Assembly: GCA_963835065.1 (NCBI GenBank)
Contig: CAWIEK010000015.1
Location: 64,001-128,000 of the forward strand
DNA length: 64,000 nucleotides
Origin: an uncultured Chthonomonadaceae bacterium
GTDB lineage: Bacteria > Armatimonadota > Chthonomonadetes > Chthonomonadales > Chthonomonadaceae
Direction: 5' to 3'
Shown here: positions 60,718 through 64,000 of the stretch, piece by piece
Layout: each line of letters starts with the position of its first letter
Position numbering within the stretch: the stretch's first letter is position 1
Notes under the pieces: generated by a model
Told to the model about the DNA's origin: nothing
The model's database searches: none
The model's input: only the letters and a program-made list of their open reading frames with translations
Program-made: the position numbers and the translations under genes

Positions 60718-63210
60718 ATGCTTTTAACGGACTACCACGCGAAATACTTTGCGTATGACCTTACCAAACGCTTTCCTTCGAGTAGTATGGAGAAACTTGC
60801 GGGCGCGGTGGCGAGCGCGCAGGTTGACCTCAACCCGCATCAGGTGGATGCTGCCCTGTTTGCCTTCCATTCTCCTTTGTCACGCGGGGCGCTGCTTGCG
60901 GATGAGGTCGGCTTGGGGAAAACCATTGAAGCGGGCCTGGTAATTTCGCAGCAGTGGGCCGAGCGCAAGCGGCGCATTTTGGTTATCACGCCTGCCAACC
61001 TCCGTAAGCAGTGGCATCAGGAATTGCGCGAGAAGTTCTTTTTGCCGTGTATGATTCTCGCATCTCGTTCTTATAATCAGGCCATCAAGCAGGGCAGTTT
61101 TCGGCCTTTTGAGACGGAAGCGGCGGTGGTTATCTGTTCTTATCAGTTTGCCCGCAGCAAAGCGTCCGATGTTCATGCTGTAGGCTGGGATTTGGTTGTA
61201 ATTGATGAGGCGCACCGCCTGCGCAATGTTTATAAGCCCTCCAATGTCATTGCCAACACGCTCAAAAACGCCCTTGCGCATACGCGCAAACTCTTGCTGA
61301 CAGCGACGCCGCTGCAAAACTCTCTGCTCGAACTCTACGGGCTGGTGAGTTTCATTGACGAACAGACGTTTGGGGATGTGAAGAGCTTCCGCGAACAGTT
61401 TGCCAGTCTCAATCAGGAGCAGGTGTTCCAGATGCTGAAGGATCGCCTGCGCCCGATCTGCCACCGTACCCTGCGGCGGCAAGTGACCGCGTATGTTCCT
61501 TATACCAAACGCCTTCCGATTGTGGAAGAGTTCACGCCGGAAGAGGGGGAAGACCGTCTTTTCAGCCTGGTTTCCGTTATTTGCTGCGGGAAAATCTTCA
61601 GGCGCTTCCTTCAGGGCAGCGTTCGCTGATGACGCTTGTGCTGCGCAAATTGCTGGCGTCCTCCACATTCGCTATTGCCGGGGCGCAGGAAACAATTTCT
61701 CATCGGCTGAAAGCGAAACTACAGCAACAGACAGAGGGGCCGTCGCTGGAAGAGGAACTCACTTCGGATTATGAGGCGCTGGATACGACGGCGGAAGAAT
61801 GGCCGGAAGAAGAAACCGATCCGCTTTCTCCTGCCGACCTTGCCGCCCTGCAAAATGAAATCGTTGACCTGGATACGTTTGCCGCGCTTGCACTTCCATT
61901 GAACACAACGGGTGTCGTGAACTATGACCTGGCCTGGAACCCGAGCGATCGAGCAGTTGGCAGGTGTCACCGCTACGGGTAGAAGCATGAGTCGTGGTCG
62001 TCAATTTCCTCAACGCAAGAACGAGGCGGACAAGCGCGTGTTTGAACTGCTGTCCGAAAAATTTCAATTATTCGAGGGCGTGTTCGGGGCCAGTGACGAG
62101 GTATTGGGAGCGATTGAATCGGGCGTGGATTTCGAGAAGCGCATTGCCGACATTTATCAGCGCTGCCGCCAGACGGAAGAGATCAAGGCCGCGTTCGATC
62201 AATTGCAACTGGAACTCAGCCTGGAAATCAACGAGGCTATGACGCGCACCCGAAAGCAATTGCTGGAAAACTTTGATGATGAAGTACGGGAAAAGCTGCG
62301 CGTCCGCGATGAAGACGCCAAAGCGTATTTGAACCGCTACGAAAGCCTGCTGATGCAATTAACGCGGCACGAATTGGACGGCTGCGCCGAATTCCGGGGC
62401 GAGTCGGCGTTTCGGCTGCTGTCACATCCGTTTGAAATGGCGCAGGATACCGCTCCGACCGGGTTGTATGAACTGCCGCGTCGTTCGGGCGAGGCGCACC
62501 TGTACCGTTTGAATCATCCACTTGCAGAGGCGATTCTGGCGCGGGCCAAAGGGCGCGATCTGCCGCCCGCAGAAGTCTGTTTCCGCTACGGCGACCACGA
62601 GGGCCGCGTGAGCATTTTGCAGCCGTACATCGGAACGGGCGGCTGGCTTATGCTGTCACAGTTCAGCGTGGCCGCACTGGATCAAGCCGAAGATCATCTG
62701 CTGTTTGCCGCCGTTACGGAGGGGGGCGAGATGCTGGAGCATGACACGGCCTGCCGCCTATTGACCCTGCCGGGAAATGTGGGGCAGCCCGCGTTACCGT
62801 CTGCGGAAATGTCACACAAAATGGAATCGCATACGCGGAAGCGGCAACAGGAGATTCAGCGCGACATTTCCGAGCGCAACGCCCGGTTCTTTGCTGAGGA
62901 AGCCGACAAACTGGATGGGTGGGCCGAAGACCTGAAAGTGGGATTGGAGCGCGAACTGCGGGAAATGGATCGGCAGATCAAGGAAGCCCGCCGCGCCGCA
63001 ACTCTGGCCCTGACGCTGGAAGAAAAACTCAACGGCCAAAAGCAAATCAAGGCGCTGGAGTCGCTGCGTAACCAGAAACGCCGCTCACTCTTTGACGCGC
63101 AGGATCAGGTAGACAGGCAAAGGGAAGAGTTAATCGCGCAGGTTGAGGGTAAACTAAAACAGACAAGCGACCTGCAAACCCTGTTTACCATTCGCTGGCA
63201 ACTGGCTTGA
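60718..63210 (+). pseudogene. SNF2-family helicase (restriction/defence-associated type), disrupted or mis-assembled
   Basis: LADEVGLGKT, DEAH, LTATPLQN, NYDLAWNP, GRCHRYG; several frameshifts and no motif IV-V region. Confidence 0.8.
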
Positions 63211-63253
63211 AGTTGCAAACGCCTCCTATCAGTATGCCGTACAGAAAAACACT

Positions 63254-64000
63254 ATGAAACTGGAAATAGAAAATCTTGGAGCGCTTTCTGTCGGCAAATT
63301 GGACCTTGCGGATTTGACGGTGATTTGCGGGGAAAACAACACGGGGAAAACGTATCTCACGTATACGCTTTATGGCCTGCTCAAAACATGGAGTACCTTT
63401 CTCAAACTGCCTGACTTCGATTTGCAGCCGTTGCGTGAAAGCGGGCTTATGGAAATCAATCTCGCTAATCGCGTGATTGCCCATGCGCCCCAAATACTTC
63501 AGCAGGCAGTGGAAGATTATTGTGTGAACCTTTACCGCGTTCTGGCGGCGCAAACCAATCGCTTTGATAGTACCAAACTTCGCATTGAATTGAACTTCAA
63601 AGATGTGCTTTTGCCGGAGTATAAAAGAGAGTTTACAACGGATCGCAGTCGGCGCATTATTTCTTTTGTAAAGCGAGCAGACAGCCCAATTTTGAGCATC
63701 AGCGCCGTGACAACGGAAGTAGGCAGCGATCCCGTTTCAAGATTTCGCTACCAGCCAATAATCGAACGGGTTATCAAGGAAATTTGTTTCAGCCCGGTAT
63801 TGCCGGAACCATTCATTGTCAGTACCGAGCGGACAGGGGCGGTCACATTTCAAAGCGAATTGAACCTGTCGAGAAATCGCCTGTTCGATCTGGCGCGTGA
63901 AGTCACCGGCGCAAACGCCCCGGAACCGAGCCGATTGATAAATGATGTTTAGGCGGCGGCTATCCGATGCCGGTCAAGGACAATGTGGACTTTATCAATA
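63254..64000 (+). CDS. AAA/ABC-type ATPase (AAA_15/AAA_21-like), 3' truncated; apparent frameshift near 63950
   Basis: IENLG, LTVICGENNTGKTY Walker A, STERTG; a protein-like frame continues as YPMPVKDNVDFIN. Confidence 0.8.

Noticed and set aside
3081..61668. Long antisense or alternative-frame ORFs (e.g. 4107-5276, 14628-15866, 18752-19999, 37890-38867, 53303-54502)
   Set aside because: They are shadows of well-supported genes in GC-rich DNA, with no recognisable motifs.
10064..63952. About 18 frameshifts read as programmed frameshifting or mass pseudogenisation
   Set aside because: They are mostly single-base indels in unrelated genes, without slippery-site or stimulator patterns and with almost no in-frame nonsense decay. 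Long-read consensus error is more parsimonious, although reads are needed to confirm.

Overview
Bacterial chromosomal window, moderately GC-rich, probably Armatimonadota. That assignment is an inference from a prepilin/H-X9-DG protein, outer-membrane TolC and TonB genes, and Terrabacteria-type YsnF and Jag genes. Ordinary content: an osmoprotectant ABC transporter, a D-Ala-D-Ala dipeptidase, stress proteins, an RND efflux system with a two-component regulator, pheA, accD/accA, a TonB uptake locus, rpmH-rnpA-yidD-yidC-jag followed by tmRNA, a hydroxyproline catabolic cluster, a DyP peroxidase/P450 cluster, a planctomycete-type PSD1/DUF1501 cluster, and the start of a probable defence region (SNF2 helicase plus AAA ATPase). 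Roughly 18 frameshifts, mostly single-base, are scattered through unrelated genes and most are probably long-read consensus errors. The most interesting signals are non-genic. (1) More than 20 elements are built from short tandem repeats (7-10-mers of at least ten different unit sequences), mostly as inverted arm pairs that start at or inside stop codons; some are nested and some are translated. (2) A dispersed unit occurs twice (12294-12545 on +, 60241-60550 on -), with an ECF-type promoter, a strong SD, an 8-9 codon ORF ending R-x-P-UGA, an anti-SD and a conserved ~110-nt 3' block. (3) Two tandem paralogous ~75-nt sRNA candidates have covarying terminator stems. (4) A DUF2946-like CxxC/RGPP leader ORF precedes the TonB receptor. 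(5) An Rpn-family nuclease has an internal start and an extra orphan C-terminal cassette. All calls come from manual reading; no searches were run.
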